From the NCBI RefSeq assembly GCF_903933125.1, contig NZ_CAIZIZ010000366.1, forward strand, positions 201-64,200: DNA of 64,000 nt, read 5' to 3'. The stretch comes from an uncultured Lamprocystis sp. Its GTDB lineage: Bacteria > Pseudomonadota > Gammaproteobacteria > Chromatiales > Chromatiaceae. Position 1 is the stretch's first letter; every line of letters starts with the position of its first letter. The translations under genes were made by a program, and so were the position numbers. Below the pieces are notes generated by a model. The model was not told where the DNA came from. It did no database searches and saw nothing but the letters and a program-made list of their open reading frames with translations. This document shows, piece after piece, positions 1 to 8,734 of the stretch.

Positions 1-1
1 T

Positions 2-1522
2 GCGATCGGGGCGACCGATAAAGAGACCAGATACTGGGAGAACTACAGGCATATCAAAAAGGCTCTAGAGCACTTGCGTAAGGAGGGTGACTGGCGACTC
101 GCGGAGTTGCCTGCTATCCTTGAACGCGTCAAAGTCGTGGCGATCTTTCTGGACGACGACCAGGACGAGAACTCTGTATTTGAATCCATCAACTCGGCCG
201 GCAAACCTTTGTCAGGCCCGGACCTGATCAAGAACTTTCTCTTCACCTTTCGACACTATGACGTTTCCAGGTCTCAGGAAGACGACCTCGTTAGCCTCTA
301 CACGGAAAAATTTGAATCACTTTTCACCAAGTCGCCTGCAGGTGGGGTCGAGGCATTCTTTCGCGAGTATATCGCTGTGAAGACGGGTGTGAAGGTGAAC
401 GAAAATCCAAAGATCATATATTACTCATTCAAACGTCACGTCGGACCGATTGAGAGCCATGAACGTTGTCGTCAGTTGATCTTGGAGCTTGTTAAATGGG
501 CGGTAATCTATAATACACTCGCGACAGGGAATCATCCCGACTTCGATCCAAACGATCTAGGCTACCTGCGCGCGTCTTTCTTCACTTACGCCAGCCTCCT
601 AATGGACATTGTGGATAGGCTCGGCAAGTACGAAGCCGGGAAGATCGTCATCTATGACCAAGCCGCTCTGCGTAAGACAATTGCCTGCGTAGTGGCTTAT
701 GACGCAAGCCGGTTCCTAGCGGGCGCCGGGCAAAAGGCGATCACCCGGTTTGTCCCAACGATACCCAAGATCCTCGAATCAATCGATCCGAATTTCTTTC
801 ACGACTATGCGAATGCGTTGTGGACTCATGTCAGCAGCGTGCAGCAAGGTTATCGTCTCCCCAGCGTTGCGAAGATTAGAGAAGCTGTTGAGGCAAATGA
901 TATCTATTTCAATTCCAAGCAGGTAGTTCGATTTCTAATCCTGCTGGATAATGTTGGCAGGAACGAGCAGATACCCTTCGACGCGGGGCTTAGGAGGTGC
1001 CAGATTGAACATATCATGCCTCAGACACTCGGTCAGGGATGGACGCAAATTAATGAGAAGGATCATCAACGTTATCTCCACAAGCTGGGTAATCTTTCGA
1101 TCACTTTTGATAATGCCAAACTTAGTAACTTGAGCTTTTCCGAGAAAAAGAAGAAGCTTACGGAGCTTTCAAGAGTGCGCTTGAACCATATGCTGCTAGC
1201 ATACGAATCCTTTGGTCCAGAGCAAATCCGGGACCGTGCTGGACGGCTTCTGGATCGGTTCTTCGAAGCCTATGCTGTGTTTTCCGACGGAGCTGATTAT
1301 AGCGAGCCGGAAGCCTCCGCGACGGTAAACATATTTCCGCAGAAGTGGCTGGACAAGGTGCGTGGAACATATAATCCATCAGAGCTTGCCGGCTTCCCCG
1401 TAGCGCAATATTGGTCAGAGATTTGCGCCCATTTGAACGTCCCTGTGGGGAAAAACTCCGCCCACCGTGCTCTTGAGAATTGGCTGGAGAATTACCGACC
1501 GCATTGGCCGAGCAGTTGGTAA
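2..1522 (+). CDS. DUF262/DUF1524 (GmrSD-like) nuclease-family protein, 5'-partial (frame open to window edge)
   Basis: No stop in this frame from nt 2. Motifs FESINSAGKPLSGPDLIKNF (DUF262 region) and CQIEHIMPQ...HKLGNLS (His-Me/HNH-like DUF1524 core). GC visibly lower than the window norm. Confidence 0.8.
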   Translation, partial: AIGATDKETRYWENYRHIKKALEHLRKEGDWRLAELPAILERVKVVAIFLDDDQDENSVFESINSAGKPLSGPDLIKNFLFTFRHYDVSRSQEDDLVSLYTEKFESLFTKSPAGGVEAFFREYIAVKTGVKVNENPKIIYYSFKRHVGPIESHERCRQLILELVKWAVIYNTLATGNHPDFDPNDLGYLRASFFTYASLLMDIVDRLGKYEAGKIVIYDQAALRKTIACVVAYDASRFLAGAGQKAITRFVPTIPKILESIDPNFFHDYANALWTHVSSVQQGYRLPSVAKIREAVEANDIYFNSKQVVRFLILLDNVGRNEQIPFDAGLRRCQIEHIMPQTLGQGWTQINEKDHQRYLHKLGNLSITFDNAKLSNLSFSEKKKKLTELSRVRLNHMLLAYESFGPEQIRDRAGRLLDRFFEAYAVFSDGADYSEPEASATVNIFPQKWLDKVRGTYNPSELAGFPVAQYWSEICAHLNVPVGKNSAHRALENWLENYRPHWPSSW

Positions 1523-1807
1523 TTCCAACTATCGCTACGAGTACCGCGAAAGCATCCCCTTAGCGGGTTCTTGTCCGCATGGCTCATCATGACATGACGG
1601 TTGGCTCGCCCTCCAACCTGGAGTGCATTTAGGCCGTTGGCTCCCAGGCGGCCGCCATCACCTGGCCCTCCGTCCTGATGATGCGGCGCTGACACCGTGG
1701 ACGCACCTGTTGGCCTACCCGGAGGCTCCCGCCCCCAAATCCTCGCTCCGTAGATGGGGCTGCGGCTGAAACCTGACTTCGATCGGACGGCAAAGAATAC
1801 GAATACC

Positions 1808-3036
1808 ATGAACAACCCTCCGGCGGAATACTGCTGCTTCAACTGTTTCACGCATCCTACGCTATTAGAAATAGTCAAGCATGGAGCAGATACGGAAGGC
1901 CAGTGCGACTTCTGCGGTTCGGAGTCGGTTTTATTGCTGCACGTGTCGGCGCTCTACGATTCACTCAATAACGCAGTTCGCATGTAAGTACTTCAACAGA
2001 ATACTTTATAAGACGAAATTGTGTTAAGTTATTGTTTATGAAAGCTTTTTGTTTTATTTCTTTTCCGATTTTTTATAAATAATTGTATTGATGCACATAC
2101 CATCCTGCTGTGGATGGTGACACCGTTGCGCCATGGGACGACGCGTGGGCTGAGGGCGATCCGCTGTATATCGCGCTTGATGAAGACTGGCATGTCTTCA
2201 GCGAACTTCTGTCAGGCCACGATGCGGCGGCAGAACTGCTGCGAGCAATTCTTGAGTCCGGCTGGGATGACGACAGCGGTGAATCTTTTCCGGACCCGCA
2301 TGAGTTAGTGGTGCGACGCTCATCATGGGTGCATCAAACACCAGCGGAATGCTGGAGAGACTTCAGCTACGCGATTCGTCACGACGGCTCACTCGAACAC
2401 TACATTCCGGAGAGTGTTGAAGAAGACATCCATTTACTACGGCGAGAGCTTTCACAGAGCACGCTGTTTCGGGCTCGTCTGGGCTTCGATACGGATCAGA
2501 TGGGTCGGAAGGTCCCGTACGCACTGGAGAAAATCGGCGCGCCACCATCTTCTAAACCCGGTCGAGCTAACAGGCAAGGCGAGGTGGTCTTCTATGCGGC
2601 GGAGCAACGTGAAACTGCGGTGGCCGAAATACGTCCGGCTCGTGGACTTCTAGTTTCGGTGGGCACATTCGAGATCAAGCAGCCTACCGTCATTCTTGAC
2701 TTGCTGCACAACCCGCCGAAGGTCGATCCGTTCATCGACGAATCGTTTGAGTATTTGATTGATTTCTGGGGACTGATGCAAGAGTTCGCTTGGTCCCTGT
2801 CCACGCCTTTGGAACGCGATGATCAGGCGGAGATCGACTACCGACCTTCGCAATGGTTGGCCACATGGTTTAGAGAGCGGGGTTTCGAGGGAATCCGTTA
2901 CCCGAGCGCGTTACACGTTGATGGTGTCAACATTGTGCTCTTTGAGCCTGGGAAAGTGACGTTTCAAGAGTCATCGCTCGTAAGAGTCGATGATGTTGAA
3001 TGGTTCTTTTCCCCGTATTGCGAAGACACGGAGTGA
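1808..3036 (+). pseudogene. RES-domain protein with Cys-rich N-terminal domain, split into two ORFs (1808-1987 and 2110-3036, different frames) by an AT-rich insert
   Basis: N fragment carries CCFNC...QCDFCGS (zinc-ribbon-like, as in the N-terminal domains of long RES proteins). C fragment has R...E...S hallmarks (FRARLG, GRANRQGEVVFYAAEQRETAVAEIRP, IRYPSA). Deleting nt 1982-2100 (119 nt) joins the frames. Confidence 0.6.
1984..2100. mobile_element. MITE-like 117-bp AT-rich insertion with imperfect terminal inverted repeats
   Basis: 28 G+C in 117 nt (24%) by direct count. Left end GTAAGTACTTCAACAGAATACTTTATAA versus reverse complement of right end GTATGTGCATCAATACAATTATTTATAA gives 21/28 matches anchored at both termini. 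It interrupts a recognisable gene. Confidence 0.4.
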
Positions 3037-3548
3037 TTCACGGTTGGGTCAGGTCGTTGTTCCGGGGCGAAGCGAGCTTCGCCGCATGCGCGATAGAAGT
3101 GTTGATCCCTCAGAGTAAGTTGAGTAGGATTCTGGAATGAACTCCGGTGGCCTGGCTAGCTGTAGCGGCCTGCAAACATCCGCAACCCGACCTGCAAACA
3201 GCGCGATTTTCGATCCAGATTAGTTGCAAATAGCGGGGGTCCAGGACCCGGATTATTTGCAAATGAGCCGACATTAGCTGCCAACAGCCAGAAAACAGCC
3301 AGCCCGACCCGGATTGTCTGCGAACGACGCGGACGCCTTTCTTGACCAGCGGATTGGCGCTGACTGGTCTCTCGATGATCGCTTAGAGGAGACCCACGAC
3401 GCGATACTGGCCGCGGCAACGGCGGCGGGAAAGCGGCCAGACCAATGGGCGGCCGAGCGACTCGCGAATTCCGTGGGGCGGTGAGTCCCGACCGACCTCG
3501 ACCACGTCCTGTACCGCAACCCAACTCGACTCCACCAGTCGCCATCCG

Positions 3549-4019
3549 TCACATCCACACCTGCACATCGCGCCCGGAGCGCAGCCCCATGACCTGGCAC
3601 GCCAGCTTCAGCAGTTCGCGCTTCTTTGCATCGCTCTCGTTGGTGCCGACCAGCCAGCCAGGGGCGAAGGGCTCGGTGTGTTTCCAGAGCCCTGGCTTCA
3701 TCGGATAGACCTCCTGCGGCGTGCGTCCAACGTAGCGGCGGGACCGTCCGATGCCGCGTGCCGCCTCTTGAAAGCGCGCCGGAAACTTGGGCTCCAGTTC
3801 CGCGAACTGTCGCAGCAGGTCGACGAAGGTCTCCTTCGCAAAGCGGGTCAGGAAGTCCTGGCCGAACAGCCGGTACCCGGACTGCGGCGAGCGGGTCGGC
3901 GGCGGTGTTGCCGGGACAGGGGCGGGCACGTCAAGCCCCCGCTGGAGACCGGCGATGGTCCGCTGCAACGCGGCAAGCTGGTTCTGCAACTGGGTGAGTT
4001 GGGCGGTATCAGGCAGCAT
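3549..4019 (-). CDS. hypothetical protein (N-terminal coiled coil, Pro-rich linker, unassigned C-terminal domain); third gene of the XRE/DUF4258 operon
   Basis: 156-aa ORF whose ATG (4019) overlaps the upstream gene's stop (4009-4011) by 11 nt. Genome-like GC3. No family recognised. Confidence 0.55.
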   Translation of the reverse strand: MLPDTAQLTQLQNQLAALQRTIAGLQRGLDVPAPVPATPPPTRSPQSGYRLFGQDFLTRFAKETFVDLLRQFAELEPKFPARFQEAARGIGRSRRYVGRTPQEVYPMKPGLWKHTEPFAPGWLVGTNESDAKKRELLKLACQVMGLRSGRDVQVWM

Positions 4020-4362
4020 GGACTTGCTCTCCTGGGCAGGACGGTTGGGACAGCGCGGCGTTCAGATCGCCGCCGGCGTGGCGGTGCTCACCACGCAGCA
4101 GGCGCCTTTCGGTCCGGCGCGACGGGCGATAGACGGTGACCACCTGGTCGCCGGCAATCACCACCCGACAGCCCCGCAGCCGTTCCAGCGCGCCGATCTC
4201 CTGCTTGCGGCGCCGGATCTCCCGGTCCACGTCTTGGGCGAGCAGCAGCAGGCTGTCGGCATCAACCGCCGTGCCGGCGGCGACGATCATCGGGATGTCG
4301 GACTCGCGCAAGCCGCGTTGGCGGATGCGGGACTGGGCGTGTTGGGTCAGTGTCAGGTTCAT
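4009..4362 (-). CDS. DUF4258-like small protein (putative toxin component)
   Basis: MNLTLTQHAQSRIRQRGLRESDIPMIV resembles the DUF4258 N-terminal signature. Start chosen at the internal ATG that forms an ATGA overlap with the upstream XRE gene's stop (4359-4362). Confidence 0.6.
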   Translation of the reverse strand: MNLTLTQHAQSRIRQRGLRESDIPMIVAAGTAVDADSLLLLAQDVDREIRRRKQEIGALERLRGCRVVIAGDQVVTVYRPSRRTERRLLRGEHRHAGGDLNAALSQPSCPGEQVHAA

Positions 4363-5372
4363 GTGCGTTCCCCAGTATCGGTGTTGTCGATATCGGCCCC
4401 TTGGTTGGCGGCGCTGCCGGTGGCTGCTGGCGGTGACCGGTCTCCCGGCAACTTGATCTTCAAACAAAAGCCGCGTGGGAGCTCAAATCGCGACGCCAAC
4501 TCCTCGGTAGCGGCCTGGTTCATCTCGTCCAGCCAGCGCCGGTACTCCTCTGCGCCGGTGGCCTTGTTCTTCTCCCAAACTTCTCTCAGATCGATCCGCC
4601 CATCCTGAATCCGATAGAGGATGCGCTGATCCGCCTCGTTGTCAGGATCGAGCCCGACGGTATCGCCGAGAACATGCGTTGGAACGGCATACTCCGGTGT
4701 CGCCCCGCTGTAGCTGGCCTCGAATTCGATCGGGTGCTTCTGGAACAGACCAAGCGTCTTGAGCTCGTCATGCAGGAAATTGATGAAGGGCGAGTGCTCA
4801 TTGCGGTCATCGTCCTGGTATGTCACGAATAAATCTCTCTTCTCCAAAGACTTACGTTCCGCTTCGATCCAGTCGTCATCATAGCCGTAGCGGAATGCAC
4901 CGGGCAGATACGGCAGTCGGCGGTACGCCTCCGCGGTGGCGGCTTCCAGCGCCGCCACGGTTTCATCAAGGGCAGTCTGCCGGGCGTGCAAGCTGTGCTC
5001 TGCGAGGATCAGAACGGCGAGCGGGGCGAGGTCCATGATCGCGTCTTCGGTCAAGCTGAGGTGCTTTTGCACGAGGGTCAGGAAGGTCCTGGCCGACCCG
5101 TCGATGCCGCCCTTTAGCGGCACGCGATTCCGCCACTTCAAGCCGTCCTCCTCCTTCGGAGCGCGCGTCAACTGCTCCCATTTGACGCCGAGGGCCTGGC
5201 ATAGGCGCTCGCGATTGTCTGGGCGGATGTTGGCGATCTGCTGGCCGCGTTCCCAACGGCTGATCTGGGTCTTGCTCGGACGGAGCTTGGTTGCCTCTGC
5301 GAGTTGGTCCTGGGACCAGCCTCGCTGGTTGCGGTAGAACTTGAGGGCTTGGGGGTTCAGGCTGTCGGTCAT
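4359..5372 (-). CDS. XRE-family helix-turn-helix protein with a ~260-aa unassigned C-terminal domain
   Basis: N-terminus LKFYRNQRGWSQDQLAEATKLRPSKTQISRWERG is a classic Cro/C1 HTH. AGGAG lies 7 nt upstream of the ATG. AT-rich upstream region contains TATACT. Confidence 0.8.
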   Translation of the reverse strand: MTDSLNPQALKFYRNQRGWSQDQLAEATKLRPSKTQISRWERGQQIANIRPDNRERLCQALGVKWEQLTRAPKEEDGLKWRNRVPLKGGIDGSARTFLTLVQKHLSLTEDAIMDLAPLAVLILAEHSLHARQTALDETVAALEAATAEAYRRLPYLPGAFRYGYDDDWIEAERKSLEKRDLFVTYQDDDRNEHSPFINFLHDELKTLGLFQKHPIEFEASYSGATPEYAVPTHVLGDTVGLDPDNEADQRILYRIQDGRIDLREVWEKNKATGAEEYRRWLDEMNQAATEELASRFELPRGFCLKIKLPGDRSPPAATGSAANQGADIDNTDTGERT

Positions 5373-5836
5373 GGCGCGTCTCCTGTTGAGCGTCGTTAGA
5401 TAAAAGAATAGACGCCAAAGAACGAGTATACAATGATCGTTTCAGCGTCTTTTTCAATTTACGGCGTTCGAAAAATTCCTATACTCGCCTTTATGGAGGG
5501 CTGCGAGACGACGCATCGACCACCACGCGCCGGGCTTGCCATGGCAGTCTCCGCCCCGTAACGACGTGCAGCACGTCGTTGCTACCGCCGGAGCGCCCGA
5601 GGGGGCTCGTGTTTCTCTGAGAGGACTTCACGCCAGTGCCGGCTTCCAGTGCGCCCAGCCGCATCGGACTCGATCGCCGCGAACGGGTCATCGAGTTCCT
5701 GGACCGGCGGACATCCACGGGCTCGGCGAGGATTCCCAGTGCCATCGCCTGGCAGCGTTCAAGCTGGATCGCCCGCGCTTCGACGTTCCCGAAACGTCGG
5801 CTGCCCATTTACGGCCGTTCGGCTAGAATCGAACCA

Positions 5837-6757
5837 ATGCACACCGACCCGCTCTTCTACCGGATCTTCCAGGAGCGTCCGGCGACCGTCTTTGAACTGG
5901 CGGGCCTTGCGGTCCCGCCCGCGGGGGTCTACCGGATGCATGCCGAGGAGATGAAACAGACGGCCTTTCGGCTCGACGGTGTGCTGTTGCCCGCTCCGGG
6001 TACGCCCGGTCTGCCGTTGGTCTTCGCCGAGTCCCAGTTTTATGCGGACCCCTGGTTCTATGCCCGCTGGCTGGCATCGATCTTTCTGTTTCTATTTCGG
6101 CACCAGGTGATTGGCCCCTGGCGGGCAGTGGTGGTGTTTCCCGAACGGTCGTACGACGTCGGCGACACCACGCCCTACGATGCCCTGATCCGTTGCGGCA
6201 GCCTGCATCGGGTCTACCTCAAGGATCTGCTCGGCCGTCCCGGGCTCGGGCCGGGGGCGCGGCTCGCCCGTCTGGTGGTCATGGACCGGGAGCCACTGCT
6301 CACCGAGGCGCGTGCCTTGATCGATGAACAGACCGCGGCCGGGCAGCGCGAGTCGACCCTCGACCTGATCGAGACCGTGCTGGTCTACAAATTTCCAGAG
6401 CTTTCGCGAGAGGAGATCCAGATCATGCTCCATTTGCCTGAAACCGATTTGAAAAAGACCCGCTTTTACCAGGAGGTATTCCGTGAGGGTGAGGAGGCGG
6501 GAGAGAAACGTGGAGAGAAACGTGGAGAGAAACGCGGCGAGAGGCGCGGTCTGGTCCTTGGCCAACTGGCCTTGGTGATGCGCTTGTTGCGCCGTCGTGT
6601 CGGCGAGCCGACCGCCGATCAGCGCGCGCAGGTCGAGCGCCTCTCCGCCGACGAACTGGCCGCCTTGGGTGAGGCCCTGCTGGATTTCACCGGGACCGAG
6701 GACCTGGAACGCTGGCTGCGGGGATCAAAGGACAGTGAGGCTCGCAGTGACATCTGA
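5837..6757 (+). CDS. Rpn-family recombination-promoting nuclease / DUF2887 (PD-(D/E)XK) protein with DUF4351-like tail
   Basis: Starts MHTDPLFYRIFQERP, followed by FRLDGVLLP...VFAESQFYADPWFYARW, typical of DUF2887/Rpn. Start placed at internal ATG 5837 because the upstream extension lacks homology-like sequence. Confidence 0.8.
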   Translation: MHTDPLFYRIFQERPATVFELAGLAVPPAGVYRMHAEEMKQTAFRLDGVLLPAPGTPGLPLVFAESQFYADPWFYARWLASIFLFLFRHQVIGPWRAVVVFPERSYDVGDTTPYDALIRCGSLHRVYLKDLLGRPGLGPGARLARLVVMDREPLLTEARALIDEQTAAGQRESTLDLIETVLVYKFPELSREEIQIMLHLPETDLKKTRFYQEVFREGEEAGEKRGEKRGEKRGERRGLVLGQLALVMRLLRRRVGEPTADQRAQVERLSADELAALGEALLDFTGTEDLERWLRGSKDSEARSDI

Positions 6758-6964
6758 TCCCCGGTTTCCCGACTCGGTGACCCCGACATGCAGGCCGCAC
6801 CGGTGGCGCTGATGCGGGCCTCCGAGCGGGCGCGTCGCCTGGCCGAGCAAACCGGCACGCGGTTCGTGGTCCGCCCGCCCGCCACTGTGCTCAATGAAGG
6901 GCACGGCCCCGCCGGTGGAATCGAACCTGACGGCGGCGGGAGCGTATCATTGCCGCCGAGTGGA

Positions 6965-7072
6965 TCAAGCCAATACCGGCTCAGTGGCGAGCAAGGCGTC
7001 GAGTGCACCGCACTCGACGGTGGATTTCCCGTTGAAGTAGTCGATCCAGACCGATGAGTCGACCAGCACCAT
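6965..7072 (-). pseudogene. vapC: vapC (PIN toxin) 5' remnant, 35 codons then stop
   Basis: MVLVDSSVWIDYFNGKSTVECGALDALLATEPVLA* is a PIN-domain N-terminus. Its ATG forms an ATGA overlap with the vapB stop. No further PIN motifs in any frame downstream. Confidence 0.6.
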
Positions 7073-7269
7073 CACGCATCGTCGCGTCGCATGGCATCCA
7101 GGTCGCCGTCCCAGGGCAACTTGCCGCGCACCGTGCGGATGCGTTCTTGCTCCTTGAGTCGAACCAAGAGCCGCAACCCCTCCTCGACCGCCTCCCGCTT
7201 GGTTCGCAGCCCCGAGAGCGCCTGTGCACGCTCCATGAGCCAGCCATCAATCACGATGTTCGTTCGCAT
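7072..7269 (-). CDS. vapB: type II antitoxin VapB (DUF2191/Arc-MetJ-like)
   Basis: MRTNIVIDGWLMERAQALSGLRTKREAVEEGLRLLV is the typical VapB N-terminus. 65 aa. Confidence 0.8.
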   Translation of the reverse strand: MRTNIVIDGWLMERAQALSGLRTKREAVEEGLRLLVRLKEQERIRTVRGKLPWDGDLDAMRRDDA

Positions 7270-7664
7270 GCCGTGGGTCTCCTGTAGATCGGTGTTGGCG
7301 AAGCGGTTACGCCATTTTACCTTGAGATTCTGAAAATGAGCCTGGGAGAATGAACGATGACTGTTGCAGAGCGGGCATATGAGCAGATCAAGAGCAGCAA
7401 GCTCTAGAGCGATTACTGATCTGCCGAATCTTCATATCAAGGGCTTACGCTATTTTCAGACGCTGCCATAGAGACATTTTCTTTTTGCGTAAACGCTCTA
7501 TCATTTTTTTAACGACTTACTCGACCTACTGAGTTTCCAGAGAGCCGAAAATCTCTCGCGCTTGGCTAATTACGGGAACTGATGGGCGTGCCATCGCAGA
7601 ACGCCTGCTGGGAAAGTCTTTCGGGCAGTTCTCGGGAACGGCTAAAGCAGATCATCTTGGGCTA

Positions 7665-7937
7665 ATGATGCAAATGGGGAGCTATGTGATTCTAGAAATG
7701 AATCAGAATGGCAGAACGCTCTTCTGGCCGATAAGCGATGCAGAGATGCCAGGTTTCTATCAACCTGAATACAGACGCGCCACACTAATCGAGCGGTGCC
7801 AGCAGGAGACAATTATCTCGCGGGAAGCTGGACGGTTTCACATGACACATCCCAACCCCCCTGGGCAAAAGATGTATTGGCAATCCAAATATGAAGAAAA
7901 AATCTCCAGCATAATCGGCGTGTCGCGCTCTGGTTAA
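7665..7937 (+). CDS. hypothetical protein in a low-GC spacer (weak call)
   Basis: 90-aa ORF only. No recognisable motif and atypical composition. Confidence 0.2.
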   Translation: MMQMGSYVILEMNQNGRTLFWPISDAEMPGFYQPEYRRATLIERCQQETIISREAGRFHMTHPNPPGQKMYWQSKYEEKISSIIGVSRSG

Positions 7938-7976
7938 GATCCCGCCTTGACGCAGCGGGCGACGATGCGGCAATCC

Positions 7977-8291
7977 TCACGCCTCCGCCAGTTCCCGCAA
8001 CACCTCAGGATGCCGCTGCGCCACCTTGAGCAGCGTCTTGGCCGCACCGCTCGGCTGGCGTCGGCCTTGCTCCCACTCCTGCAGCGTGCGCACCGACACG
8101 CCCAAGAGTAACGCGAACTGTGCCTGCGACAGGCCGGAATGCTCGCGGGCGGCGATGATCGGCGAGTACACCACTGTTCCCAGGCCAGCGTTCATCTGGC
8201 GGATCGATTCCAGCAGGTCTTCGCCCAGGTCGCGGCCTGCTTCAAACGCCTCCAGTTCATCATCGGTCAGGGGTTGCGTGTTCGATGGCAT
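7977..8291 (-). CDS. HTH-type antitoxin (XRE/NadS-like, COG2944-type)
   Basis: SGLSQAQFALLLGVSVRTLQEWEQGRRQPSGAAKTLLKV is the canonical motif of this antitoxin family. Lies directly downstream of, and overlapping, the RelE-like gene. Confidence 0.8.
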   Translation of the reverse strand: MPSNTQPLTDDELEAFEAGRDLGEDLLESIRQMNAGLGTVVYSPIIAAREHSGLSQAQFALLLGVSVRTLQEWEQGRRQPSGAAKTLLKVAQRHPEVLRELAEA

Positions 8292-8586
8292 GTTTGATCT
8301 CCACAAGTTGCTTGGCGGACAGGTTTCCCCGCTCGGATTTCGCGTACAGTACCAACAACATGAGTGCCCCGGAGGCGAATCGCGTGTAGTAGATTACCCG
8401 TACCCCACTGGATTTGCCGGACCCGGCCCGGCTCCAACGCACCTTTCGCAGTCCGTCCGTGCCCGGAATCACATCGCCGGCTTCGGGGTTTTGGGCCAGG
8501 AATGCCGCGAAGGCGCCCCGCTCGTCTTCGTGCCAGTAACGCGGCCAGAGTTTTGTGAACAGTGGGGTTTCGACGACGGTGTACAT
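8260..8586 (-). CDS. RelE/ParE-superfamily toxin (COG4737-type)
   Basis: MYTVVETPLFTKLWPRYW...GLRKVRWSRAGSGKSSGVRVIYY...LLVLYAKSERGNLS matches this toxin family. Start set at internal ATG. Confidence 0.75.
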   Translation of the reverse strand: MYTVVETPLFTKLWPRYWHEDERGAFAAFLAQNPEAGDVIPGTDGLRKVRWSRAGSGKSSGVRVIYYTRFASGALMLLVLYAKSERGNLSAKQLVEIKHAIEHATPDR

Positions 8587-8734
8587 AGGGAGAATAATAC
8601 GTCTTTGACGGATATTCGCAAGCAAGCGTTAGCCGTCAAAGCCGGGCGGGAGCCCAACTCATCAAACCCACTTTTGAGGGGGGTAAGTGGGACCAGACGA
8701 GTGCCAACCTTCACCCTGAGAATGGTTCTGCCAG

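Noticed and set aside
1984-1990. GTAAGT at the start of the AT-rich insert resembles a eukaryotic 5' splice donor
   Set aside because: The context is bacterial, there is no AG acceptor at the 3' end, and the insert is too short and unstructured for a group I or II intron. A MITE-like insertion fits better.
3156-3600. Minus-strand ORFs of 129, 108 and 61 aa, plus an unlisted plus-strand frame ending ...AAERLANSVGR*
   Set aside because: There are no starts with ribosome-binding sites, the minus-strand ORFs are Arg/Pro/Gly-rich, and no domain is recognisable. The region is better described by its repeat array.
6788-7057. 89-aa plus-strand ORF (MQAAPVALMRASERARRLAEQTGTRFVV...)
   Set aside because: The N-terminal ~30 aa look vaguely like small antitoxin-like proteins. 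The distal half, however, is simply antisense to the vapC stump, so I could not support it as a gene.
7330-7976. Low-GC spacer between vapB and the HTH antitoxin, with a 90-aa ORF and a short MTVAERAYEQIKSSKL* peptide
   Set aside because: No recognisable domain or ribosome-binding context. It is probably decayed foreign DNA, so it is kept only as a very low-confidence CDS.
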